This document shows, one piece after another, positions 9,655 through 20,117 of a stretch of DNA of 64,000 bases. Position numbers and translations under genes: made by a program. The notes below the pieces were generated by a model. That model made no database searches and was not told the DNA's origin. It was given only the letters and a program-made list of their open reading frames with translations. The DNA is from Promethearchaeota archaeon. GTDB lineage: Archaea; Asgardarchaeota; Lokiarchaeia; Sigyniarchaeales; SOKP01. The stretch spans positions 1 through 64,000 of the forward strand of contig JAFGOA010000011.1 of assembly GCA_016926735.1 (NCBI GenBank), given 5' to 3'. How positions within the stretch are numbered: the first letter of the stretch is position 1; every line of letters begins with the position of its first letter.

Positions 9655-10161
9655 ATGTCACAGTCTAATTTAAGAATTGATAGGATTCATGAAGGGACAG
9701 TAATAGATCATATTGATGCAGGATATGCCCTAACAATATTAAATTTAACAGGTCTTGATGAATCCCCTAATCTAATGACTATTGGAGTTAATGTGTCATC
9801 AAAAAAATACGGTAAAAAGGATATTATAAAGATTGAAAATGTATTTTTAGATAAAGTTCAGATGCAAATGATCTCGATTTTATCTCCAAATGCAACAATA
9901 TCTCTCATAGAAAATGATTCTGTTATAAAAAAAGAAAGCGTTAATTTACCAAATATAATTAAAAAATTAATTGCATGTAAAACAAAAACTTGTATTAGCA
10001 ATTCACAAAAAGAACCGATTGATACAGAATTTATTGTATTAGAGGAGAAACCTTTGAAAATTCAATGTGTTTTTTGTGATAGAATATATAAATTAGATGA
10101 AATAAATTTTAAATCAAGAAGGAAAAAGAGAAAAAAGATAAGACAAAGAATTTTATTATAA
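9655..10161 (+). CDS. pyrI: Aspartate carbamoyltransferase regulatory subunit
   Basis: GTVIDHI, GKKDIIKIE, Zn ligands CKTKTC...CVFC. Confidence 0.93.
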   Translation: MSQSNLRIDRIHEGTVIDHIDAGYALTILNLTGLDESPNLMTIGVNVSSKKYGKKDIIKIENVFLDKVQMQMISILSPNATISLIENDSVIKKESVNLPNIIKKLIACKTKTCISNSQKEPIDTEFIVLEEKPLKIQCVFCDRIYKLDEINFKSRRKKRKKIRQRILL

Positions 10162-10190
10162 TTGGGATCCAATTAATGTTAAAATATAAA

Positions 10191-10601
10191 TTATAATAAC
10201 AATAGAGTGTGTATTATCGTGGTAACTATCATAAATAATAGAAAATAGATTCCTAATCCAGGCATAATAATTTTTTTCCAATTCCATTCCTCTTTATCAT
10301 ACTTAAATTTAAAAATTATAAAACTTGCAAAAAATGGAAATAGAAACAAAAATATAATCATCCATAAAAATAACCACCAACCAATGAATCCTAATAAAAG
10401 GCGACCAATGAACCCGCTTAAAACTCCGGTAATAGCACGAGTCCAATATAATTTTGTTTGTCTTGCTAAACGGATATCGAGACTACTCTCTTTTCCTTTT
10501 TTTTCTTTACTATGAACTTCTAATTTTGCTTGTCTTAATTTGATTAGTTTCTTCCTTTTCTTACGAATATCGACCTTCTTTGGGCGGGTTTTTTTTACCA
10601 T
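10191..10601 (-). CDS. EMC6/Rab5ip-like membrane protein
   Basis: Basic N-terminus followed by LYWTRAITGVLSGFIG..LG..GW and about three TM segments. Confidence 0.55.
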   Translation of the reverse strand: MVKKTRPKKVDIRKKRKKLIKLRQAKLEVHSKEKKGKESSLDIRLARQTKLYWTRAITGVLSGFIGRLLLGFIGWWLFLWMIIFLFLFPFFASFIIFKFKYDKEEWNWKKIIMPGLGIYFLLFMIVTTIIHTLLLL

Positions 10602-10997
10602 GATTTTTTTTAAATTAATATGAATTTTGAATTGATATTAATTAAAAATTAAAAGCATTATTTAATTTTTTTATTGAAAACTAATTTTTATTTCTTCTAT
10701 TTATTTGAAAAATCTTTTTTTATAAATAGCAGCTCAATTAATAAGTTAAAAATATTCATACTATCCTTTAAAAAATTTAAATTATTCTTTTATGAAGTGT
10801 TTTTACTATTTTTTGTAAAATTTTTGATAACCTAACAAGACCATTATAAGTAAAAAGTGGATCTATTAAATTATCTCTAAATTAATGATATTTATGATAT
10901 TCTTATTTAAGATAATTTATGTAAAAGTTTATTCATCTTGATAGTTTGACAATCTAAAGATTTATACTCCTTAAATTCTTATATTTAATAATCTCAT

Positions 10998-13091
10998 TTG
11001 ATAATTATTTTAATAACTATCAATCATCTAATAAAATTAAATTTAAGGTTGTCAAAAATTAAAACTTATTTTTCAAATATTGATGTATCTGCAATTGTTA
11101 GAGAATTAGATCAATCTTTGACAATGGGTAGGATTATAAATGTCTATGAAATTGAAGAATTACTCATATTAAAGATTAATACAATTGAAGGAAATAAAAA
11201 TTTAATAATTAAAAAAGATGCACGTATCAATTTAACTGAATATAATTATCCCAAACCTAAATATCCTAGTCAATACATAATATCACTACGAAAGTTCCTT
11301 AAAAATAAGAAAATCACAAAAATATACCAATATAATTTTGATAGAATTCTCGTGATTGAATATATCGTTGAGGATAAAATCTGGAAATTTATAATTGAAC
11401 TATTTAACAAAGGAAATTATATAATTATCGATAATGAAAGCATAATAAGAGTTGCTAAAAGATATTTAAAATATAGAGATAGATCGATTCTTGCTAAAAA
11501 AGAATACTTTTTCCCAAAATCTTTTGGTATTAACTTTATGGAAATTAATAAGGATGAATTTCTAAGGATTTTAAATAAAGAATCTCAGATTGTTAAGATT
11601 TTTGCTAAAGAAATTAGTGTATCTGGTATTTATAGCGAAGAAATCTGTTTTAGAGCGAATATTGATAAAGAAATAATGGGAAATCAATTAACTAATGATC
11701 AGATTGATTCTTTATTCAATGCTTTTAAAAATTTAAGAAATGATTTACTATTTAAAGATATTAGAGCACATATTATTTATGATAATAAAAATCTTGAATT
11801 ATCTGTGCTTCCTTTTGAATTATTAATCTATAAAAATTATGAAAAGAAAGATTTTCCTACCTTTAATGAAGCAGTAGATTTTTATTTTTCCAAAATTGAT
11901 TCAAAAACTATTATTAAAGGATCAGATTCTCAAATTAATAATAAAATAAAATCTCAAAAAAAAATCCTCAATAATCAAACTGAATATATAGAACAACTTG
12001 GGTTAAAAATTAAGAAATATTATGATCAAGGAGACTTCATCTATGCTAATATGGACTCATTAGAGAAATTGTTGGATGTAATAAAAATCGCACGAAATAA
12101 GAAATATGCATGGGAAGATATAAATAATAAATTGATTCAGGCAAAAGAAAATAGTATGAATGAAGCATTATTTTTCAAAAAAATTATTCCATCTACACAA
12201 GAAATTGTATTAGAATATCATAATGGGGAAATCTATATAGATTCCAAAAAAACAATTGGAGAAAATGCAAATCTACTCTATCAGAAAGGAAAAAAATTGA
12301 AAAAGAAAAAAAAAGGCACTGAAGAAGCAATCGAAAAAACTAACAATACTTTAAAAAAACTAGAAAGAGAAAAAGAACACTATGAAGAAGAAATAGATTT
12401 TCTTGTAAAAAAACCAGAAAAAAAATGGTTTGAAAAATATCACTGGTTTAAATCATCAACAAATTTTCTTATAATCGGTGGGAGAGATGCATCATCTAAT
12501 GAATTAATATTTAGAAAGCATATTGATCCAAATGATTTAGTATTTCATACAATTTTTCCGGGATCACCATTAGTAATTATAAAAAATCCTGATAAAAAAA
12601 TAATATCTGAAGAAACAATTAAAGAGGTATCTATTTTTGTAGTAAGTTATTCTCAAGCATGGAAAGAGAATTGGGGATATGCAGATATCTTCTATGTAAA
12701 TCCAGAACAAATCTCAAAAACACCTCCTTCAGGTGAATTTCTACCAAAAGGATCTTTTATGATCGAAGGGAAAAAAAATATTATAAAAAGTGTGAAAACA
12801 GAATTAGCCATAGGCCTTCTTTTAGACGAAATGGATGGAGATGAGTATGAAAAAATCTATTATCCAAAAATTATATCTGGACCCATAAATGCAATTAAAA
12901 ATCAAACTGATAACTATTTAATTATTTCCCCCTCAAAATCAGGAGAAACCAAAGGAAAGATTGCTAAAAAAATTAAAAATTTCTTTATTGATAGAGGTAA
13001 AGAAAAAAGAAAATGGATAAAATTTCTCTCATTAGACGATATAATTCTAGTACTTCCGAATGGTTCTTCAAAGATCAATTATTCTAATTAG
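10998..13091 (+). CDS. rqcH: Ribosome quality-control protein RqcH/Rqc2 (NFACT family); true start probably slightly downstream
   Basis: FDRIL, IELFNKGN, KWFEKYHWF, GGRDASSNE, SKTPPSGEFLPKGSFMI. Confidence 0.9.
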   Translation: MIIILITINHLIKLNLRLSKIKTYFSNIDVSAIVRELDQSLTMGRIINVYEIEELLILKINTIEGNKNLIIKKDARINLTEYNYPKPKYPSQYIISLRKFLKNKKITKIYQYNFDRILVIEYIVEDKIWKFIIELFNKGNYIIIDNESIIRVAKRYLKYRDRSILAKKEYFFPKSFGINFMEINKDEFLRILNKESQIVKIFAKEISVSGIYSEEICFRANIDKEIMGNQLTNDQIDSLFNAFKNLRNDLLFKDIRAHIIYDNKNLELSVLPFELLIYKNYEKKDFPTFNEAVDFYFSKIDSKTIIKGSDSQINNKIKSQKKILNNQTEYIEQLGLKIKKYYDQGDFIYANMDSLEKLLDVIKIARNKKYAWEDINNKLIQAKENSMNEALFFKKIIPSTQEIVLEYHNGEIYIDSKKTIGENANLLYQKGKKLKKKKKGTEEAIEKTNNTLKKLEREKEHYEEEIDFLVKKPEKKWFEKYHWFKSSTNFLIIGGRDASSNELIFRKHIDPNDLVFHTIFPGSPLVIIKNPDKKIISEETIKEVSIFVVSYSQAWKENWGYADIFYVNPEQISKTPPSGEFLPKGSFMIEGKKNIIKSVKTELAIGLLLDEMDGDEYEKIYYPKIISGPINAIKNQTDNYLIISPSKSGETKGKIAKKIKNFFIDRGKEKRKWIKFLSLDDIILVLPNGSSKINYSN

Positions 13092-13828
13092 ATTAATAAA
13101 TCTTTCCATTCTTTTATTTTAGATATATTTTGATAATCATCAAATAATATTCCATCAATACCCAATCTAATTAATTCTTTAATCTTTTGCAAAGGATCTT
13201 CATAGATTAAAAAATCCCATGAAAATGCTAATATATCATTATTATGACACTTCTCTATAAATTCAATAGATACTTGATTTGATCTCAAACTGATCATATC
13301 TATAGGAAATTTAATTTTGTTAAATTTTTCATCATCTAAAAAAGACTTTAAAGTTAGCTCTTTTCCTTTAGTTATATTATAACATATTAAACATGTAGGA
13401 ATTATTTTCTTTAATTTTATTATCTCAATAAGACTTCGTCCACTTATTATACAATTTTTTATTATATTTTTTTCAATAATCATCCTTCCTATTTCATCTT
13501 GAATTCCTTTCTCTTTTAATTCTATCATAAAATTAATTTTATTATGGTACTTTGTTAAAATATCACTTAATAATGATACTTTCTGGTTATTATTTTTTGT
13601 CCTATATTTTTTAAGTTCATCATAAGTATAACTATTTACTTTACCAGAACCATTGGTTGTCCGTTCCAATGTTTCATCATGGAAAATAATAAGGTGATTA
13701 TCTTTGGATTTTCTCACATCAAATTCAATATACATTGCTCCTGAATCTATTGCATAATCAAAAGCTTTTATTGTATTCTCATCAAAATCTTTTCGGGTGC
13801 CTCTATGTCCAATAAAAAAAAAAGTCAT
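13088..13828 (-). CDS. Glycerophosphodiester phosphodiesterase family protein
   Basis: GHRG, ENT, IEFDV, HD..L.RTT, IELK, GIDGI. Confidence 0.9.
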   Translation of the reverse strand: MTFFFIGHRGTRKDFDENTIKAFDYAIDSGAMYIEFDVRKSKDNHLIIFHDETLERTTNGSGKVNSYTYDELKKYRTKNNNQKVSLLSDILTKYHNKINFMIELKEKGIQDEIGRMIIEKNIIKNCIISGRSLIEIIKLKKIIPTCLICYNITKGKELTLKSFLDDEKFNKIKFPIDMISLRSNQVSIEFIEKCHNNDILAFSWDFLIYEDPLQKIKELIRLGIDGILFDDYQNISKIKEWKDLLI

Positions 13829-13850
13829 TTTTTTTTCTAATATATTTTAT

Positions 13851-14261
13851 CTATTCTTGAATAAGATAAAGATATATTATTAAAAAAATTAAACCTAAGA
13901 AAGTAAATGCAAAAACAGCTCCATTTAAGGATGATTGGATTAATGATAATAAAAATAATCCAAATAGTTCTTTCCAATTTAGAGGTTTACCCGTTAAATC
14001 TTTATAATTCCCTACACTTATTGTCATGAAAAAGAAAAACAATAAAATAATAGTTGTCTTAAAAATAATTCCCATTATATCTAAGAGTAAGATATCTTCA
14101 AAAGATATTGAGATAATATTCCCATTAAAGATTAAAGAGAGAATAAATAGAATTACTCCTATGATTGCCGAGAAAATAACTGTTCTATAAGAAAAATCTT
14201 TATCTGCGTTTTTTATCTTTTTTATATCCTTTTTAATATTTGGATTTTTAAACTTTGACAT
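13851..14261 (-). CDS. Hypothetical membrane protein (~4 TM)
   Basis: Multiple hydrophobic segments. Confidence 0.7.
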   Translation of the reverse strand: MSKFKNPNIKKDIKKIKNADKDFSYRTVIFSAIIGVILFILSLIFNGNIISISFEDILLLDIMGIIFKTTIILLFFFFMTISVGNYKDLTGKPLNWKELFGLFLLSLIQSSLNGAVFAFTFLGLIFLIIYLYLIQE

Positions 14262-14263
14262 AA

Positions 14264-15076
14264 TTATCTTATCCTTTTCATTTTTTTCTTTAACAATATA
14301 ATTCTATAAATATAGAATCCAATAAATGCACCATTTAAACTAAAGATAGTAATACTAAAAGCGATCATCAATATTTCAATATTAAAAAATGGTGTTTCAG
14401 GGGGATTTTTAATGTTAATAGTAATATTATCACTTCTAATAATCCCTTCGGGATATGAAGGATTCTCTCCTTGGCTTATATTGAATTTATAAGACTTTCC
14501 ATATTCTAAATAAGCATCTTCTGATTTATCTATATCAAGAGGAATATGAAATTCATAAGTAAAAATGTTCACATCTGATTGTTTTTCAATTTTTCCTGCG
14601 CCATTACCATCAATTAATTGATCTCTCGTAAAATTATTTGTAGTATAATCTATATTGTAGTCTGTATATGTATAATCCGTATACGATGAGATGTTCACTA
14701 TTTTAGCGTCTACAAAATCATATTGGGTATAAGAATTTGCATTTGAAATTAAAATAGCAAGGAATCCATTTGGTCCTTGAGACCCATTGTTTATTTCAAA
14801 CTGAAATAACATATACAAATCATTTTTATCCTGTATTGCCTTAATGGATGTTTCCAATCCAAGAGGCTCTTCTGGTTTTGTTTTTAAATAAGCTGTATCA
14901 AATAAGATATCATTCCATTCATCTATATCTATTTCTCCATTTACATTTGGAGTATCTCTAATTACTGGATTGATTTCTAAAGGCGTTCCTAAGGATATGG
15001 GCATTATATATGTTGAAAATAATATTATGCTACAAATTAGTGATACACCTAAAATTTTAGAATTCTTTTTTTTCAA
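14264..15076 (-). CDS. Membrane-anchored surface protein, DOMON/CBM9-like beta-sandwich
   Basis: Signal peptide, P.V.G.ID..EW, D..DLY, YEF.IPL, C-terminal TM plus basic tail. Confidence 0.6.
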   Translation of the reverse strand: MKKKNSKILGVSLICSIILFSTYIMPISLGTPLEINPVIRDTPNVNGEIDIDEWNDILFDTAYLKTKPEEPLGLETSIKAIQDKNDLYMLFQFEINNGSQGPNGFLAILISNANSYTQYDFVDAKIVNISSYTDYTYTDYNIDYTTNNFTRDQLIDGNGAGKIEKQSDVNIFTYEFHIPLDIDKSEDAYLEYGKSYKFNISQGENPSYPEGIIRSDNITINIKNPPETPFFNIEILMIAFSITIFSLNGAFIGFYIYRIILLKKKMKRIR

Positions 15077-15233
15077 AGGTTTCCTTCACTTTTTAATTCA
15101 TAAATTATTTTTAATGATGATTCTACAAAATTTTCCTTTATTTTTAATTTTTCTTAAATTTTAGTTATAAGATTCCTATTTATGATATCAAAAAAAAAAA
15201 ATTATTTAAATATTCAAAAAAGATTTTTCTATA

Positions 15234-15289
15234 ATGACAATTCAAGAAAACTTCCACCTTTAGGGGGGAAATGAATTGGAGGGTAGTTT
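15234..15289 (+). mobile_element. Solo IS200/IS605-type left end
   Basis: ATGACAATTCAAGAAAACTTCCACCTTTAGGGGGGAAATGAATTG closely matches the reverse complement of 399-447. Confidence 0.7.
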
Positions 15290-15341
15290 TTCATTGAAGA
15301 AAATTATTCAAGAAGTCCTAATACGATCTATTTTTGAAATT

Positions 15342-15824
15342 TTAAATTATATAATTTGGTAATAAAACTATACAATTGAATTTATTAATATAGGTATTAA
15401 TATAATTTAAGATTCGCATTATTTCCCTTTTTGCTTCAGAATTATTGTTATTATAATCTGAAAATTCTTTAGGACCCAAAGCAATCAATGTACCGGAAAT
15501 ATCTTTTTCTCTTTTGATTAAAAATAAGAAATCCTTATTTTTTTCCATATCTTTTATTATTAATAAAATCCATGGGTTTAAAGACCAATCTATATTATCT
15601 GGAGAATATACGCTTTCAATACCCCTTCCCGTCATATACTTATTTGAAGTTCTTATTGCTTTATTGAGGCTATTGAAATAACTTCGTTTTATTGTTAAAT
15701 ATCCATCAAAATACTTCTTGACATCAAATAGAGAAATTGTTTTTTTTTGATTATTTAATTTGATATCGACAAACCAATTATCCATTTTTTTAACCAAACC
15801 TCTTTTATAATGAAATTTCTTCAA
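15342..15824 (-). CDS. Hypothetical protein
   Basis: 160-aa ORF overlapping the upstream gene. Confidence 0.65.
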   Translation of the reverse strand: MKKFHYKRGLVKKMDNWFVDIKLNNQKKTISLFDVKKYFDGYLTIKRSYFNSLNKAIRTSNKYMTGRGIESVYSPDNIDWSLNPWILLIIKDMEKNKDFLFLIKREKDISGTLIALGPKEFSDYNNNNSEAKREIMRILNYINTYINKFNCIVLLPNYII

Positions 15825-16272
15825 TCTTAATATTTTTAATTAATTTTTTTAATTTATCTAAAGGAATTTTAGACTTTGTTGTAATGCATTTATTAGTTTC
15901 AAATATTTCATAGTAATCCAAATAACATTCAAAAATCAATTTATTTCCTCTTGATGTAAGCCCTGAGGTATGTAAAATATTAAAGTCCTTTAAGATATCC
16001 ACTAACGCATCAATTTGAGCTTTAGATATATCCTCTTCTTTAATTATTATTTTAGTTATTCTATCATTAGCTATTGGATAGATTGTTAATCTTAAACATT
16101 CAGGAGTTTTTGATTTAATAACCAAGATATATTTTGAATTAATCAATTTTTCATCTTCAAAAATATAACCATCTAATTTATTATTAAGAATATCATTTCG
16201 ATCATAAATATTTCCTTCTGTAAGATTTTTTTTCATAATTACTAACTTTTTATTTTTATCATAATTACTCAA
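15805..16272 (-). CDS. Hypothetical protein, possible C-terminal ACT-like domain
   Basis: ILHTSGL...IFECYL beta-alpha-beta pattern. Confidence 0.55.
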   Translation of the reverse strand: MSNYDKNKKLVIMKKNLTEGNIYDRNDILNNKLDGYIFEDEKLINSKYILVIKSKTPECLRLTIYPIANDRITKIIIKEEDISKAQIDALVDILKDFNILHTSGLTSRGNKLIFECYLDYYEIFETNKCITTKSKIPLDKLKKLIKNIKIEEISL

Positions 16273-16544
16273 GAAGCCACCTTCCTTTTGGGATATGTTG
16301 AATTGAGTGAATTATTACCTATTAGTAAATCATAACACTTATACTATTTTTAAGTTTCTTATTCCTCTATATTAGTAGAGAAATTTATAAATATAAAAAA
16401 TCAATTTCTTATTGCATAAACCCTCCGTGAACGAGGAATCACTTCTAGAGCAATGGAATGGGATTCTACGAAAAATAGACCAATCTCTAGTAGAAACGGT
16501 TGCATACTCATAGGTAACCATAACCATCAGGTTATGTTAGTTCA
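16268..16544 (+). mobile_element. IS200/IS605-derived miniature element, copy B
   Basis: Left end CTCAAGAAGCCACC...GTTGAATTGAG; core CCCTCCGTGAACGAGGAAT; right end CATAACC-ATCA-GGTTATG-TTAGTTCA. Confidence 0.7.
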
Positions 16545-16877
16545 ATTCAATATCTCGGTAATTTTATTTTTTATTTTTTTTATTGTCCCAGATGTTTTAA
16601 TTGGTGTTATTATTACTCTTCTTTCTTTTATCTCTTGTACTAAACTTAAAGCTGAAATTATTAATTCTTTATTATTATGGGAGAATTTTATAATTCCATA
16701 GTTTTTATCTGTATTAAGAGTGATAATCCATAATCCCATCTTATTAACTACGCTCAGACCATAATATTTCCAAATAACTTTCCAGATTACGGATATTAAA
16801 TCTCTTTTATTGTACCTATGATCTTTTTCATTTAACAGAGTAAAAAGAATATATCTGCTTCTTTCATGTTTAACCAA
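16542..16877 (-). CDS. pop5: RNase P subunit Pop5/Rpp14
   Basis: RSRYILF...GIIK...KTSGTIKK; downstream of rpp30. Confidence 0.9.
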   Translation of the reverse strand: MVKHERSRYILFTLLNEKDHRYNKRDLISVIWKVIWKYYGLSVVNKMGLWIITLNTDKNYGIIKFSHNNKELIISALSLVQEIKERRVIITPIKTSGTIKKIKNKITEILN

Positions 16878-16881
16878 TCTA

Positions 16882-17601
16882 TTAGCCTCCCTTTATTATC
16901 CTTACTCCCTCTTCGTATATCTCTTCACTTTGCCGAGATTTAGCTCTATTAATCAATTTTATGACATTTTGATTAAACGCTTTTTTTGCTTCTGGGAATG
17001 GGATTCCTAATATTGTATGACAGATACTTACTAATGCTCTTGGATTTCTAAAATTATATGTCTCTGAAAATCCACCACTTATAATATAGTTTGATTTGGA
17101 ATTAATTACTTTTGTTATTGATCTGAAAAGGTGTCTTATTGTTTTTGATTGATATGATATATTTTCGGACATTATCGGTGCTAATGTAAATTCAATAAAT
17201 GAGTTATTTTGATTTACTAAAGATATAATCCCTTTTGAAAGAGATTTTAATAAATCTAAATTAGTAAATGAGATGATATCCACCCTTGAATCTCGCGCAG
17301 CATGAATTTGAACGTCTAAATTTGATGATTCAACACATATAATTTCTGAACAATTATGATATAATTTGATTTTGTTTTTAAAATCTTTTAAATTCTTAGG
17401 CTTTATACAGATTCTGTAGTATATATTAATCGGTGTAATTTCTTTAATTCTTTGTTTTATTTTATTTTTAATTATATTAATATCATCTAAAGGTTCTAGA
17501 ATTATATTTTTAATATTTAATTTTTCACAAAACTTAAGTTTTTCTTCTATTTCACATAGATTATCCAAATTGATGATTAATTTTGATTCAAATAATGACA
17601 A
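16882..17601 (-). CDS. rpp30: RNase P subunit Rpp30
   Basis: AARDSRVDII, ISGG...RNPR; conserved rpl15e-rpp30-pop5 context. Confidence 0.88.
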   Translation of the reverse strand: MSLFESKLIINLDNLCEIEEKLKFCEKLNIKNIILEPLDDINIIKNKIKQRIKEITPINIYYRICIKPKNLKDFKNKIKLYHNCSEIICVESSNLDVQIHAARDSRVDIISFTNLDLLKSLSKGIISLVNQNNSFIEFTLAPIMSENISYQSKTIRHLFRSITKVINSKSNYIISGGFSETYNFRNPRALVSICHTILGIPFPEAKKAFNQNVIKLINRAKSRQSEEIYEEGVRIIKGG

Positions 17602-17749
17602 TATTAGAGCTCTATTTTAATTATTATAAATAATTCTAAGATTCAGTAATTATAAATCGTTAAAAAAATTTTATTAAAAATATTGATCAAATATTATTTT
17701 ATTTTTAGAATTAAAAAAAAGGAATATAACCTAATATCATCGAGGTAGT

Positions 17750-18334
17750 TTATTTACCTCGACCTTTATTTGCCCTAATACTTGGACGAGTTTTTTCAGA
17801 ACCCCATCCCTTCTTATTTAAGCCCCGTGATCTCTTTCCTGCAGAGGTTTTTCCTCGATTTACTCTTTTCTTATGGGATGGTGAGGATATCCAATTTATT
17901 TTAGGATCAGCCTTTACTACAGGATGATTTGGATCTACAAGAATTATTTCATAATACCAATTATATCCATCTGAATAAATTTTATAACTGTTTAAAACTT
18001 CTAGATTAGGAAATTTCTTTTGGGTTCGTTCTTCAGCTACAGTCTGTAAATTTTTACCCGTTGTATATTTCGAAACACCTAAAGCACGTGGTTTTCTTCC
18101 CCTTTTAGGTCTAATTTTGTGCATTCCTCCTTTTCTAATCCTTGCTCTTGCCATTACATATCCTTGTTTTGCTTTATATCCTAATTCTCTTGCTCTATAG
18201 ATTTTGGTGGGTTTATCAATTCTTTGAACGGATCTACCTTTTCTATATTCTATTCCTCTATACCAATCGGGTGTTTCATAACCTTTTTCATGTTTTTCGA
18301 ATGTTTCTTTAACATATTTATATCCAGACTTCAA
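17750..18334 (-). CDS. rpl15e: 50S ribosomal protein L15e
   Basis: ARELGYKAKQG, NLEVLNSY, YEIILVDP, RGKTSAGKRSRGL. Confidence 0.97.
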   Translation of the reverse strand: MKSGYKYVKETFEKHEKGYETPDWYRGIEYRKGRSVQRIDKPTKIYRARELGYKAKQGYVMARARIRKGGMHKIRPKRGRKPRALGVSKYTTGKNLQTVAEERTQKKFPNLEVLNSYKIYSDGYNWYYEIILVDPNHPVVKADPKINWISSPSHKKRVNRGKTSAGKRSRGLNKKGWGSEKTRPSIRANKGRGK

Positions 18335-18401
18335 TTTTATTACCTTTTTATTATTTTATATATCAATTAATTTTTGATAATTTTAGAATTTTATGAATTG
18401 A

Positions 18402-19328
18402 TTATTGGAGATTTTTCAAAAAATTAACAATTTTTAATGCAATTCCTGTACTTGCTTCTATCTGGGTTTCTATCGTTTGACTGCCAATATGTGGTGTCAG
18501 AATTAAATTATTTATACAATTACATAGGTCTAAATTATCAAGAGGTTCTTTTCTAAATACATCTAGAGCCGCACCTCCAATTTTTCCATTATTTAATGCA
18601 TCTAATAATGCTTTTTCATTAATCAGCGTTCCTCTAGCAGTATTTACAATCAATGTACTTTTATTCATTAAATTTAGTTGCATATCATCAATAATATTTT
18701 CTGTATTTTCTGTTGCGGGGAGATGTAATGATATAATTTGACAATCTTTAATTAAATCTTCCAAAGAAGGATATACTTTATACCCTAATTCTTTTGCTTT
18801 GGATCTGGCTTGTTCAGCAACATCATAGATTCCAATATTCATTTCAAATGCTTTAGCTCGTCTTGCAACTTCTATTCCAATATGTCCAAAACCAATTAAT
18901 CCTAAATTTTTTCCTTTTATTACTCTACCCATATAATCATTCTTGCACCATTCTCCACAATGCATTGTTTTATCTGCTTTTGTTATATGTCTGGTTAAAC
19001 TTAGAATTAATCCAATTGTTAATTCCGCTACGGATACAGACGGGGCTTCAGGAGTATTTAAAACATAAATCCCTCTTTTGTTAGCTTCTTCTATATCCAC
19101 ATTATCTAATCCTGCTCCTGCTCTACCAATAACCTTTAAATTAATACCCTTTTCTAATATATCCGATGTTAATTTAGTTCGCGAACGAATGATAATTGCA
19201 TCATAATCTCTGATTATTTTGATAAGCTTCTCTTTTTCAATTGAAAAATCTTTATCAACTTCAAATCCTCCTGCTTCTAATATTTTAATTCCTTCTTCGT
19301 CAATCTTATCAGAAACTAATATCCTCAT
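18402..19328 (-). CDS. serA: D-3-phosphoglycerate dehydrogenase-like (D-2-hydroxyacid dehydrogenase, no ACT domain)
   Basis: RAGAGLDNVD, SVAE, GFGHIG, NTARG, LDVF, TPHIG. Confidence 0.8.
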   Translation of the reverse strand: MRILVSDKIDEEGIKILEAGGFEVDKDFSIEKEKLIKIIRDYDAIIIRSRTKLTSDILEKGINLKVIGRAGAGLDNVDIEEANKRGIYVLNTPEAPSVSVAELTIGLILSLTRHITKADKTMHCGEWCKNDYMGRVIKGKNLGLIGFGHIGIEVARRAKAFEMNIGIYDVAEQARSKAKELGYKVYPSLEDLIKDCQIISLHLPATENTENIIDDMQLNLMNKSTLIVNTARGTLINEKALLDALNNGKIGGAALDVFRKEPLDNLDLCNCINNLILTPHIGSQTIETQIEASTGIALKIVNFLKNLQ

Positions 19329-19422
19329 AATTAATTATAAGTATAATTTTACTTTATTATTATAATAATAATAAATAGTTAAATATCAAATACCTTATAG
19401 ACTTATCTGAATATATTAAAAA

Positions 19423-19887
19423 GTGATATATATGAATCATCAACCTGAAGAATATCAGAAATTCAAATCTATTAAGATAGAGAGTAAGGAATGTATTAAT
19501 TTTACATATGATAAAGATGAGATTGAGAAAGAGATACCTCATATTATTAATGAAATAGCAACTAATAAGGATATGATTAAAATTGATTCTATAAAATATA
19601 ATGAAGAAAAAACTAAAAAGGAGGAAAATGTGGGATTATATTTTGAGGAGTTAACAAATCCCTCTGCTTTAGATTTTATCAGAAGATGTAATACTAAGAA
19701 AGACGCTGTTGAAATTTTAGATTATTTATTAAGAAGAAAGGAAATTTCCGAAAAAAATTATAATTTATATAAAGAAGAAATTGAGAAAGAAAACGGATTA
19801 GAAATTTTGATTGAAAAAAACGGAGGATTTAAAAAATCAGGTTATTATTTAAGAAAATATTATTTTAAAGATAAAAAAAATAAATAA
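19423..19887 (+). CDS. DUF2095-like protein
   Basis: PSALDFIRRC...A.EILDYL.RR.EIS...K..GYY. Confidence 0.7.
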   Translation: MIYMNHQPEEYQKFKSIKIESKECINFTYDKDEIEKEIPHIINEIATNKDMIKIDSIKYNEEKTKKEENVGLYFEELTNPSALDFIRRCNTKKDAVEILDYLLRRKEISEKNYNLYKEEIEKENGLEILIEKNGGFKKSGYYLRKYYFKDKKNK

Positions 19888-20022
19888 AGACTTTATTTAA
19901 CGTATAGATCTAATTTTTTTCATAAAATTATTATACTTTTATCATGATTGATCAATAAACTACCTCTCTTTAGAGATGATGATTAGAATAAGACTAATAA
20001 AGTATAAAACAATATAAAATGT

Positions 20023-20098
20023 GACAGATGATGAACTTGTGACAATATTAAAGAGTTATTGCTCATAACGATGAATAAGCTTGCCCCAGACTGATGTC
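20023..20098 (+). ncRNA. C/D-box guide sRNA
   Basis: Terminal stem GACA/TGTC, box C ATGATGA 20028-20034, box D CTGA 20091-20094, D'-like AAGA 20051-20054, C'-like ACGATGA 20068-20074, hairpin GTTAT/ATAAC between them. Confidence 0.75.
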
Positions 20099-20117
20099 CT
20101 TATATTAAAGATATAAG

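Noticed and set aside
16453-16701. 82-aa plus-strand ORF
   Set aside because: Starts inside element copy B and runs antisense to pop5
19952-19987. Possible further degenerate IS left end (TCAATAAACTACCTCTCTTTAGAGATGATGATTAGA)
   Set aside because: Short and too degenerate; no matching right end
20075-20090. C/D guide targeting the tRNA-Arg D loop
   Set aside because: Only 7 nt of complementarity (CAAGCTT), and not adjacent to box D
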